A stretch of 27,870 nucleotides of DNA from a bacterium (GCA_963663405.2 CAXXSM010000080.1:1-27870), one strand, 5' to 3'; numbered from the stretch's first letter, positions 10,234 through 19,198 are shown. A program made the numbers and translations. Notes: generated from the sequence alone by a model not told the origin.

Positions 10234-10944
10234 ATGCGGAAACGAAGTTCAATGGCTATTCTCGTATGTATCGTCTCTTTCTTGTATTGTGGTTTAGGAT
10301 ACAGCGCGGAGAATGAGGAGTGGATCGAACTCTTCAATGGGAAGGATCTCAAAGGCTGGTCCGTTCACAGCGGTACGGCGAAGTATCATGTTGAAGACGG
10401 CGCGATCGTTGGAACGACTGAGAAAGGGAGTCCTAACTCGTTTCTTTGTACGGACAAAACATTCGGTGATTTCGTTCTGGAATTTGAAACCAAGTGTGAT
10501 CCGGCTCTGAATTCCGGCGTCCAGATTCGCAGCCAAATCGCCGAACAGGATAAAGTGTTCTGGCTCCGGGGAAATGATGGAAAACCGGGGAAGCGCACAA
10601 TCCCGAAAGACCGTGTGCATGGCTATCAAGTCGAGATCGCCCAGCATGATAACGGTTATTCAGGATTTGTGTATGACGAAGCGCGGCGCGGTTTTTTCTT
10701 AGGAGTCGATAAGCCAGGTCCAGAAGCAAGAAGCGCGTTTAAAGACAACGTATGGAACAAGTACCGGATTGAATGCAAGGGTGATTCGATTAAAACGTGG
10801 GTGAATGGAATCCTCTGCGCCGATTTCCGGGATTCCATCGATGCTTGTGGCGTGATTGGACTTCAGGTGCACGCGGTTTCTTCCAGTGATTATAAACCTC
10901 TTCAAGTTCGGTGGAGAAATATCCGGATACAAGTATTAAAATAG
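10234..10944 (+). CDS. DUF1080 / 3-keto-disaccharide hydrolase family protein
   Basis: Signal peptide, then LFNGKDLKGW, FGDFVLEFE, NSGVQIRS, GYQVEI, WNKYRIEC, GVIGLQVH and WRNIRI. Start at ATG 10234. Confidence 0.92.
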   Translation: MRKRSSMAILVCIVSFLYCGLGYSAENEEWIELFNGKDLKGWSVHSGTAKYHVEDGAIVGTTEKGSPNSFLCTDKTFGDFVLEFETKCDPALNSGVQIRSQIAEQDKVFWLRGNDGKPGKRTIPKDRVHGYQVEIAQHDNGYSGFVYDEARRGFFLGVDKPGPEARSAFKDNVWNKYRIECKGDSIKTWVNGILCADFRDSIDACGVIGLQVHAVSSSDYKPLQVRWRNIRIQVLK

Positions 10945-10956
10945 AGTGAAGATTAA

Positions 10957-13900
10957 ATGAGTATCTATGAAATAGGATTCAAGATCAATATGGGTAAAGA
11001 AACGCCGTCAAAACCTTCCAACTGGAAACTCATCTCCAGGCGGAAGGTGTTAATCGGGTCGCTCGGATCGTCGCTTGGATTGGGGATTGGATTGATCGCC
11101 TCTGAGTTTGCGCGAGCGGAGCGGCCGGATATTGTGATGATCATTTTGGATTCCCTGCGGGCTAGATCGCTGCCAATGTATGGGAATCCACGAAACATCG
11201 CGCCGTTCCTCAACCGGTTGTCAAAGAATTCTTCCGTTTATGAAAAACTGTTGTTCCAGCGCGACCTGGACCCGGCCCGCGGTGACGGGCTTGTTAACCG
11301 GGCAGTTGCCGTTGGATCACATTAATTGGAAGACAGATATATCAATGAAGATCGGCGCGACATACCCGCAGGCGCTCTCCAAGCACGGCTACCGGACGGG
11401 CTTTTTCACCGCTAATTATATCATCGCGGCGGGATTCGGGATGGAAGATCATTTTGATCATGTTTCTTATGAGGCGACCGACGGCGCAGACGGCTACCGG
11501 TTGATTCATGAATGCGGGGAATGGTTAAAGGAACAATCAGTGGATTCCCCCGTCTGCGTCTACGCGCATTTCTTCCAGCCGCACGGTCCCTACGATCCCC
11601 CACCGTATTACATCGATCGGAGCTTGGCGTTGTCGCGTCAAAACCCGGTTTCTCTGGATTATCTGCCTCCTCATCACCGGGAAGTGGATTATGTCGCAGG
11701 CCGGTTTAAATTGCTTGGGCGGATCCCATCGTATCAAGCGGAAACGTGTTACAGCGCCGATCCGCTTCGCTATCTCACACTGTATGAAGCGAATATTTTA
11801 TACGCGGATTCTTTAGTTCGAGAATTTGTCTCTCAATGGGGCCAGCGCCGGGGTGGACGGAGGACGGTTTTTATTATCACGGCGGATCATGGGGAGTGTA
11901 TGGGAGAACACGGGCATTTCTTCGATCATGGGAAGATGTTGGTTGATTCGCTGTTACACGTCCCGTTGATCATCCACGACACCGCTCGTCCTGTTGGAGA
12001 GGTAATCGCCTCTCCTGTTTCACATTTGGATCTACCGGAGCGAATTCTGGAATGGGCCGGCGCCGCAAAGACACTTTCTGGTCCGGAGAATGATCGTTTT
12101 ATCGATGATACGGAAACCGGATCGAAAAAACGACTGGTAATCAGCCAGCATGTTCCCTCAGCCCGTGGAGTGCTGGAAAATCCAGAAATCGCGGCCGCTT
12201 TGACACAGGACACGTGGCGGTTGGTTTATAATGACTGCCCTTTCCTGGGAAATCACTGTGTGCTGGAGACTTACTATAGCGGAGCGCCCTCCGCGTCATC
12301 CGCCAAAGCGCCTTTGCCATTCCCTTCGTCAACGCTTCCACAGCCGAAAACATTGGCTCCCGGCGTTACGATGGAAAGCCTTGGGATTCATACGAACTAC
12401 GTTCATGCGGGTAGAGATTATCCTTTTTCCGGTGAATTGTCTCTTTCCACCAATACGGGTGGAACATTGATCCTGCAGGCTCGAATGCAGGGGCGGAAAC
12501 CGTTGGTTCTGGGGGAATACGATTGCCAAACAGAACGTGTAAAACTCGAAGGAACGCTGCCAGGGGAATTGACGGATACACTTCCCAAGGAACCGCTGAC
12601 ACCTCTGGTGGTGATGGAAGCGGTTTGGCGTTCGGCGCTTTCAACGACGGCGCGTGAATCCCCAATTCGTTTGTTTGCGTTTCCCGTTTTCACGCCCCGG
12701 CTCGCGTCGGATGACGTTCAATTTATCGGGATGGATATAGAAACGCCTGTTCTGTCTCCCGGCGACAATACACTCATCCACATGATCTGGCGGTTCACTG
12801 GCGTTGCCGGGAAAAATCCTGAATTCACTTGGCGGTTGTTGAATGAGAAAGACAAAGCCGTCATGGAGGGTCGTTCTACAATTCATTATATTCATATCGG
12901 CTCCCGTTTTACGCAGTCGGTCTGGTTCCAAATTCCACCGACTTTCACACCGGGACGCTACCGGTTTCAATTGCAGGTCGGCGAGAAGGGAGAATCGTTT
13001 ATAACCGGCGCTATCGATGTAACGCCGGACCGGCGCCGCGCGTTTTTCGAATTGCTGAAACGGGATACCCGCCTATCCACATTTCGAACGCTGCATTCCG
13101 AGACGCATCTGATTGGCGGGCGCAAGGAAGAATTAATTACCTCGATTCAACATCTTGCGAAACGATATCCAGAAGAAGGGCATTTCAGTTATCTGCTGGC
13201 GAAACTGACGGATTCAGCGGATGAACGTGTGGCTTACTTAACGCAATGCCTGGATAAAACCCCATTTCATCTTGCCGCGTTGCGGCTCGCAGCGAAAAGT
13301 ACTAAAAAGAGACTCTATACCAGTACTCTTCAAACGTTGACGCCGGAGAACGCGTGTGATTACACATTTCAAAACGGTATCCGATTATACGGATACGATA
13401 TAAAGCGTTCTCCCAATAAACGGGAGAACGCCAAGAATTTTTATGTCACCCTATATTGGGAAGCCCTGGCGGCCAACTCGAATCCGTATGGAGTAGATTT
13501 ATGGCTTCGAAACGAGGGGCAGAGCCAAATCCTGTTTTGGTTTCCCGGCGCGGGGAAGCATCCAATCAATGTTTGGAAAATCGGCGAAGCCGTTGTGGAG
13601 ACGATCGATGTCCCCATACCGGAAGAATGGGAGAAAGCCTCGTTACTTGTGCTGCTCTTTAATTATTGGGATTTCGCGTATGCGGGGATGAAGGATGAAG
13701 ATTTGAAAAGCACGTATATCGCTGCGATCACAGCGGATGGGCAGTCCGCCCAAGAAGCGAGTCTAGGCGAATTTACCTATAAGGATCTCCCGCTTAGTGA
13801 AATCGATTTTTTGGAGAAAAAGCGGAACGACAAAGCGAACTATCAGCTCTATGATCTTTCCACCGATCCGAGGGAGATGAAAAACGTAGTCAATGAACGT

Positions 13901-14041
13901 CCGGATGTATTCGACCAGATGCAACCTATGCTTAGGCCATTCCTTGAAGCGCGTCATGCGCAGAATACTGTGGAAGAGCGAACGGAGGAACTTTCGGAAG
14001 AAGCGTTGGAAAAACTTCGTGGGTTAGGCTATATCCGTTAA
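10957..14041 (+). CDS. Large sulfatase-like (alkaline phosphatase superfamily) protein with a long internal insertion; frameshift in the A5 run at 11243-11247
   Basis: SRRKVL plus hydrophobic leader, RPDIVMIILDSLRA, ATWTRPAVTGLLTG, HFFQPHGPY, ITADHGE, LLHVPLII and a C-terminal LYDLSTDPREMKN...LRGLGYI. Confidence 0.85.
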
Positions 14042-14196
14042 AATGCGGAATTTCTGCAACCTAAATGAGAAAATTCTGTTAGAATAGAGTTAGCGTATGG
14101 GAGTGGCGCTTATGTTTTGCTGTTGCTTTGAGCAGGCAATTGGTATTTTTGCGGCTAACGCATGAATCCTCAATGCCGGTTTCGGGAGATAAGATC

Positions 14197-14949
14197 ATGT
14201 ATACACCTTTGACGCAGGAAGAAGAGCAGGAGTATTTCAAACGAATCCGGAATGGAGATCAAAAATCCTTTGATGATTTTGTCATGAAAAACGAAAAACT
14301 CGTTTACTTAGTTGCGAAGAAATATCGATTCTTCTATTTTACGGGTTTTACACAAGAGGATTTGGTTCAAGAAGGGTATCTGGGATTAATCAAAGCCGTC
14401 AACCGGTTTGACGGTTCGGCGGGGAATAAATTTTCAACCTACGCGATGAAGGTGATTAATAGTTTTATCCTGCGCGCGATCCGGAAACACAGTAAAATTG
14501 TCTCCGTTCCAGAACGGCAGATTCATAACGCCAAGAAATTGAGCGAGGAAAAAAATATCAGTATTTCAGAACTCTTTAAAGAGACATACAATGACGATTA
14601 TGATAAAAATTTCGCGCGCGCCTTGGCGGTCATGCAGGATCGTGTTTTTTCTCTGAATGAGCCGGTTGAAGAAGGCAGAAAGCAGAGTTCCTCCTTTGCC
14701 GATATTTTAATGGACGATAATTCGTTCAATCCCCGGCAAAAATACAGCGATGTGGAAATTCTTAAGAAAATATCCAGTGTTCTCAATGAACGGGAATTGA
14801 ACATCGTCGCGAACGCGTTGGGATTGAATAAAGACCGTACGAAATTAAGTGATATCGGCCGGCAGATCGGCTTGACGAGAGAACGAGTTCGGCAGATTTT
14901 ACAAAAGGCGCTTGAGAAAATAACCGTCTTCCTTAAAGAAGAACAATAA
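14197..14949 (+). CDS. Sigma-70 family RNA polymerase sigma factor (RpoD/RpoS-like, no region 1.1)
   Basis: Region 1.2 PLTQEEE, region 2 DLVQEGYLGLIKAVNRFD..KFSTYA, region 3.2 SLNEPV and region 4.2 IGLTRERVRQI. ATG at 14197 with GGGAGA RBS. Confidence 0.92.
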   Translation: MYTPLTQEEEQEYFKRIRNGDQKSFDDFVMKNEKLVYLVAKKYRFFYFTGFTQEDLVQEGYLGLIKAVNRFDGSAGNKFSTYAMKVINSFILRAIRKHSKIVSVPERQIHNAKKLSEEKNISISELFKETYNDDYDKNFARALAVMQDRVFSLNEPVEEGRKQSSSFADILMDDNSFNPRQKYSDVEILKKISSVLNERELNIVANALGLNKDRTKLSDIGRQIGLTRERVRQILQKALEKITVFLKEEQ

Positions 14950-15085
14950 TCACGATATTTTATCTCCATGGCGTATTATTATCCCGTCCAATCGATCCGA
15001 AGACACGCTCTATACGATGTGTAATATACGCTATCCATAATGAAAACCGATACACCCCCGTTAATGTAAAGGAACGAAATAAGAA

Positions 15086-15769
15086 ATGAGAAGCATATCC
15101 GTCATTATTAACGCCCGCCTTCAATCGACACGTGTGCCGAAAAAATTGGTGAGACCCTTTGCGGGCACAACGTTGATTGAAATCGCGCTTGAGAAATTGA
15201 ACCAGATGGACTTTTTTGAGAATCGGTATTTCGCCGCCGCCGAAGAAGCGCTCTTTCATTATGTGGATCTTTTTCCCCATGTGGAATTACTGAAGCGACC
15301 GCCGGAAGCGGTGATTCCCGGTTTCAACGATCCGAAAATCGTTCATGGCCACTACCTGCAAATTCCCTCGGATTACATTTTTTGGATGAATCCCTGTCAT
15401 CCTCTTCTCTCGATAGAGACGATTAAAAAATCGTTCGACTATTTCCAATCGACGGACCATCCCTCATATACATCGGCTTTGCGGACGCAGGAGTGGATCT
15501 ACGATATGGATGGAACACCGATTACCAATCCTGACGCCAACATGATCTCAACGCATCACTCTCCTTATTATTACAAGGTCGCGCACGGCTTTCATATTTT
15601 CAATAAAGCCCATTTCGAAAAAACAGGGATTCTAACACCGAAAAAAAAGAATGATCCTCATTTTATCGAAATCCCCGTCGAAGAAGTGTTTGACACTGAT
15701 ACTCCCCTCGAATTCCGGATCGCTGAATTGATGTACCTGGACGCGCAGGGGAAAATTCAAACGCCATAA
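15086..15769 (+). CDS. Acylneuraminate cytidylyltransferase-like (NeuA/KdsB family CMP-sugar synthetase)
   Basis: N-terminal INARLQSTRVPKKLVRPFAG matches the family AR..S.R.P.K motif. Also NPCHPLL and a C-terminal FDTDTPLEF (DIDT..D-like). Confidence 0.8.
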   Translation: MRSISVIINARLQSTRVPKKLVRPFAGTTLIEIALEKLNQMDFFENRYFAAAEEALFHYVDLFPHVELLKRPPEAVIPGFNDPKIVHGHYLQIPSDYIFWMNPCHPLLSIETIKKSFDYFQSTDHPSYTSALRTQEWIYDMDGTPITNPDANMISTHHSPYYYKVAHGFHIFNKAHFEKTGILTPKKKNDPHFIEIPVEEVFDTDTPLEFRIAELMYLDAQGKIQTP

Positions 15770-15778
15770 AAATCGCGT

Positions 15779-15814
15779 GAGGGGAACGCGTAGAAACTGG
15801 TCAGCGTTCCCCTC
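15779..15814. terminator. Inverted repeat between convergent genes
   Basis: GAGGGGAACGC (15779-15789) / GCGTTCCCCTC (15804-15814), a perfect 11-bp stem with a 14-nt loop and no clear U-tract. Confidence 0.5.
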
Positions 15815-15855
15815 GATAGTTCAAAGCCGGGTTGCGAGATTCTCGAATGGTAGAA

Positions 15856-16281
15856 TTAGTGAATCCAAGATTCACGGCGTAAGACGCGGTTCAGTTTGGT
15901 GATCCGGTCGAAATAGAGCCGAGTCAGTTTTTCCACTCGACCTTTCCGGTAGAATCGTTCGTGTGGTTTGTGTGAAGAAGCCGCGTGGTTTTGATCGGGG
16001 ATGGACGCGCCGCTGTGATTGATCAGAATCGCTTCATCCTTCTCTCTTTCCGAAGGATGAAACGAGGAGGATTGGATCCGTCCTTGCCGTACCCATCGAA
16101 AGATATGCGTCGAAGGGACGGAGACGATTTCCGCCAATTCGAAGAGATCGACAGGGCTTTCCCCATCCAGGATTTCCAGAGCGAGTTGCAACGCCTGCTC
16201 GTCAAAGGTTTGACATTCCATGCAAACCCCAAAACGATTCAGGCGCGCAAACGCTCCGCAAAGTACACATCGTGCGTACAT
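15856..16281 (-). CDS. YvyF-like flagellar operon protein (CxxC..CxxC zinc ribbon plus HTH)
   Basis: MYARCVLCG...VCMEC...LFELAEIVSVPSTHIFRWVRQGRI resembles YvyF/TIGR03826. GGAGG RBS before ATG 16281 and a sigma-28-like promoter upstream. Confidence 0.7.
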   Translation of the reverse strand: MYARCVLCGAFARLNRFGVCMECQTFDEQALQLALEILDGESPVDLFELAEIVSVPSTHIFRWVRQGRIQSSSFHPSEREKDEAILINHSGASIPDQNHAASSHKPHERFYRKGRVEKLTRLYFDRITKLNRVLRRESWIH

Positions 16282-16352
16282 GGACAACCTCCGGCGTTGA
16301 AGACCGTTCTCCAACGCAGCTTGCGGAGACGCCCCGGTCAATCTTCCTCCAA

Positions 16353-17765
16353 TCAGCAGTTTATGGTATCGGCCCGCTTGGGATGGAACTTAACCGATTT
16401 GGAATAGAATCGAGGAAATAGGTTAAAAAACTGCACATCTGGAATGTAAGCGCGACTGTAAATAATATTGCAATCACGACCTGGAGAAGCCTTATTGTTG
16501 GTGGGCGCGGTGATAGTGAGTAGACGGTGGGTGAATAATTGTTGGGCGGCCGCCATGATTTCTTTCGGTTGTACGTGGGTGACTTCGGTTGGGAAACGGT
16601 TGGCGTATTCCCAGCCTAAACCGGAGATTTCATAGATTGCGTAGCGGGTCGCTTGTCCCATATTGGTTTCCAGCGCCATTGCGAATGTGCCGCAGATGTA
16701 TGTTTTTACGCGATCGAGTTCTTCTTCCGAGACTAGTTCGGTTTTTATTCGTTCGATCTCCGCTTCGGCGCAGGTGACTGTTTCAGCGCGGTTCGGCGGT
16801 GTGGTGACAGCGTAGATTAACAAGGGGGAAAGATCTTTGTAGGCCGTGAAGGAACTGCCGATTTGATAGCATAATCCGCGCTTGTCCCGGATTTCACGAA
16901 AGAGGCGTGAATCCATCGAACCACCCAATAAAGCGGAGATCAACCGAACCGGGATGGATAAACGGTCGGTGATTCCCACACCCGGATACCCTAAAACAAG
17001 ATATTCCGCCTCAGAATCCCGATGTCCGGTCATTTCTGAATTCGTTTGAATGACGGAAGACGCAGGGGGGGAATCCGGCAGGGAATTTGTTCCACGGATA
17101 GACCGGGCTGCGAAACAGTCCTCGACAATCCTCCGTGTGTCTCCCTCTTCCTGTCCACCCACGACCGATACGACCAAGTTCGGGGGATCGAACGCCTGTA
17201 GGGCGAAGGGGATCAAATCATCGCGCGTGATGTTGTCCAATGTATCAACCAATCCGATACTTGGCCATGCGTAGGGATGCGATCCAAAAAAATTCTTCAT
17301 AAAAAATCGCATCGTATAGTGCATGAGGGAATCTTCTTGTTCGAGGATGTTCATTCGGACGATTTCCCGGTCACGCGCGAGTTTTTTTTCTTCAAATGTG
17401 GGACACTCAAGGAGTTCAATCGTGGTTTCGAGGTCTTCACGTAAAAAATGAGAAGTTGTGAGAAGATCGATATAACTCCAATCTTTTCCCGCTTCGGATT
17501 TGAAATGCGCCCCGTTTCGTTCCAGTTTGTCCGCGATCTGTTTTTCGGTGTGGCGTTCCGTGCCTGCAGGGAGGAGGCGCATGGCTAAATTCGCCATACC
17601 CGCTTTCTCACCATTTTCATGCCGGGATGCCATGCGGGTGTAAATACGCAGCGCGACAATCTGGTTGTACGGATTGGAACTATACAAAAAGGTGGTTCCG
17701 TTCGGAAGAACCTTGCGGACCACCTTTTTTTCAGGAATATGAATCGGAGGGGAATCAAGCGCCAT
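16353..17765 (-). CDS. M16 (pitrilysin/insulinase) family protein, non-catalytic subunit
   Basis: VLPNG, EKAGMANLAMRLLPAGT (HxxEH lost), HPY...IG and LGGSMDSRLFREIRDKRGLCY. The true stop may be near 16492. Start overlaps the apgM stop by 11 nt. Confidence 0.88.
   Translation of the reverse strand: MALDSPPIHIPEKKVVRKVLPNGTTFLYSSNPYNQIVALRIYTRMASRHENGEKAGMANLAMRLLPAGTERHTEKQIADKLERNGAHFKSEAGKDWSYIDLLTTSHFLREDLETTIELLECPTFEEKKLARDREIVRMNILEQEDSLMHYTMRFFMKNFFGSHPYAWPSIGLVDTLDNITRDDLIPFALQAFDPPNLVVSVVGGQEEGDTRRIVEDCFAARSIRGTNSLPDSPPASSVIQTNSEMTGHRDSEAEYLVLGYPGVGITDRLSIPVRLISALLGGSMDSRLFREIRDKRGLCYQIGSSFTAYKDLSPLLIYAVTTPPNRAETVTCAEAEIERIKTELVSEEELDRVKTYICGTFAMALETNMGQATRYAIYEISGLGWEYANRFPTEVTHVQPKEIMAAAQQLFTHRLLTITAPTNNKASPGRDCNIIYSRAYIPDVQFFNLFPRFYSKSVKFHPKRADTINC
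16366..16393 (-). promoter_or_regulatory. Putative sigma-28 (FliA/SigD) promoter
   Basis: Minus strand reads TTAAGTTC-catcccaagcgg-GCCGATAC, against the consensus TAAA(GTTT)-N15/16-GCCGATAA/T. Confidence 0.65.
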
Positions 17766-18960
17766 ATTTTGCCAGTTTCTTGGCGTGAGCCAGACATAGC
17801 GGCATCAGATCGATCATTGGAATCGTACCCAAACCACCATTGATACAGGCGCGTTCGTTGAATTCACTTAGTCCATCATAACGCGCCTCTTTTGAATAGA
17901 TCATTGCTGGAACAGGATGAAAACTATGCGCTTTCCATGCGCAGGGAGTGGAATGATCACCTGTGACCAGAAGCACGGATGGATCGAGATCGAGCAGCTG
18001 CGGGAGGAGCGCGTCGACTTCCTCAATTACGCCCGTTTTCGCGGGGAAATTGCCGTCTTCCCCATAGCTGTCAGTTTTCTTGATATGAACGAAGAAATAA
18101 TCATAGTTGTCCCATTGTTCTTTTAAGGTGACGAATTCATCTTTCGGGACGTCACCAGTTGGCAGCACTTCCATCCCGACCAAGCGGGAGACGCCTTTAT
18201 ACATGGGATATGTAGCGATGCAGGCGGGATTCAGTTTAAAGATATCCTGCATTTGGGGAAGTTGCTCGTAACCGTCGAATCCACGAAGGAGAATTCCATT
18301 GGCCGGGGCGTCGTTTTTGAGGATCTCAAACGCTTGTTGAATGAACTGATTGACGAGATTCGCCGTCCGTTCCGCCGCCGGATCGTTGGAGTCCGCTTTG
18401 ACCGCGAGAGGTTTCTTGCCGGTCATTTGGGGATCTGTGTCGGTCAAGGCGCCGGAGAGGCCTTCGCCCCGTAAAATAAAGGCCGCGCGGTGTTCTTTTT
18501 CCGGTTGGAAGAAAATTTCAACACCCGGCAGTTTGATCTGGCTCAATTTTTCGCAGAGTTTTACGCAAGTTTCGGTCGGGATGCGGCCCGCGCGGCGGTC
18601 GGTCACATTACCGTCTCCATCCAATGTGGCGAAGTTGACACGCGCGGCGACGTCTCCGCCTTTGATCGGAAACGAGACGCCCAACGCGGAGAGGATGCCG
18701 CGTCCGATATCGTATTCAATCGGATCGTAACCAAAAAGCGCGAGATGAGCGGGACCGCTTCCAGGCGTGACGCCTGCGGTGATGGGCGTGGCGAATCCGC
18801 TGATGCTTTTCTTTGCGATCGCGTCGAGATTCGGCGTTTTCGCGACCTCAAGGGGGGTCCCTGTCTCTCCTGGAATATCCCCCAGGCCGTCAAAAATCAG
18901 ATAAACGATTTTGTTATCATTCGTTTCGGCCAATTTTTTATACAGTGCGAATCGATCCAT
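17755..18960 (-). CDS. apgM: 2,3-bisphosphoglycerate-independent phosphoglycerate mutase (ApgM type)
   Basis: IFDGLGD, TPLEVAKTPNLD, PGSGPAHLALFGYDP, DRRAGRI, HIKKTDSYGEDG, TGDHSTP and HSFHPVP. Confidence 0.95.
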   Translation of the reverse strand: MDRFALYKKLAETNDNKIVYLIFDGLGDIPGETGTPLEVAKTPNLDAIAKKSISGFATPITAGVTPGSGPAHLALFGYDPIEYDIGRGILSALGVSFPIKGGDVAARVNFATLDGDGNVTDRRAGRIPTETCVKLCEKLSQIKLPGVEIFFQPEKEHRAAFILRGEGLSGALTDTDPQMTGKKPLAVKADSNDPAAERTANLVNQFIQQAFEILKNDAPANGILLRGFDGYEQLPQMQDIFKLNPACIATYPMYKGVSRLVGMEVLPTGDVPKDEFVTLKEQWDNYDYFFVHIKKTDSYGEDGNFPAKTGVIEEVDALLPQLLDLDPSVLLVTGDHSTPCAWKAHSFHPVPAMIYSKEARYDGLSEFNERACINGGLGTIPMIDLMPLCLAHAKKLAKYGA

Positions 18961-19198
18961 GATACAACCTTTGTGTATAGAATTTTATTGATTTCAAAAT
19001 GACTCTGACTAAACACATATTTTCCCATGTGGTTTGCATTCCGTCAAGCTGTGGTGATATGGATTGGATATATAAGGCGCCCAGGATTAAAATCTTGGGG
19101 ATAGAGGAATGGGCTTTCTCATTAGAAGTAGCACTCACTAATAGTACTCACTTACCGGATGAGCCTTGAAAGAATCGCAACGAAAGATAAATGTAAGT

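Noticed and set aside
851-11250. Calling the frameshifted genes pseudogenes or programmed frameshifts
   Set aside because: Motifs are intact, the breaks are small indels, several at homopolymers, and no slippery heptamer plus structure is evident; sequencing error is simpler.
14104-14121. Sigma-54 promoter upstream of the sigma factor gene (TGGCGC...TTGC)
   Set aside because: GG to GC spacing is 2 nt too long, and sigma-54 spacing is strict.
19128-19154. CIRCE (HrcA) element
   Set aside because: Only one half-site (TAGCACTC); the inverted GAGTGCTAA after N9 is absent and it is not upstream of a chaperone gene.
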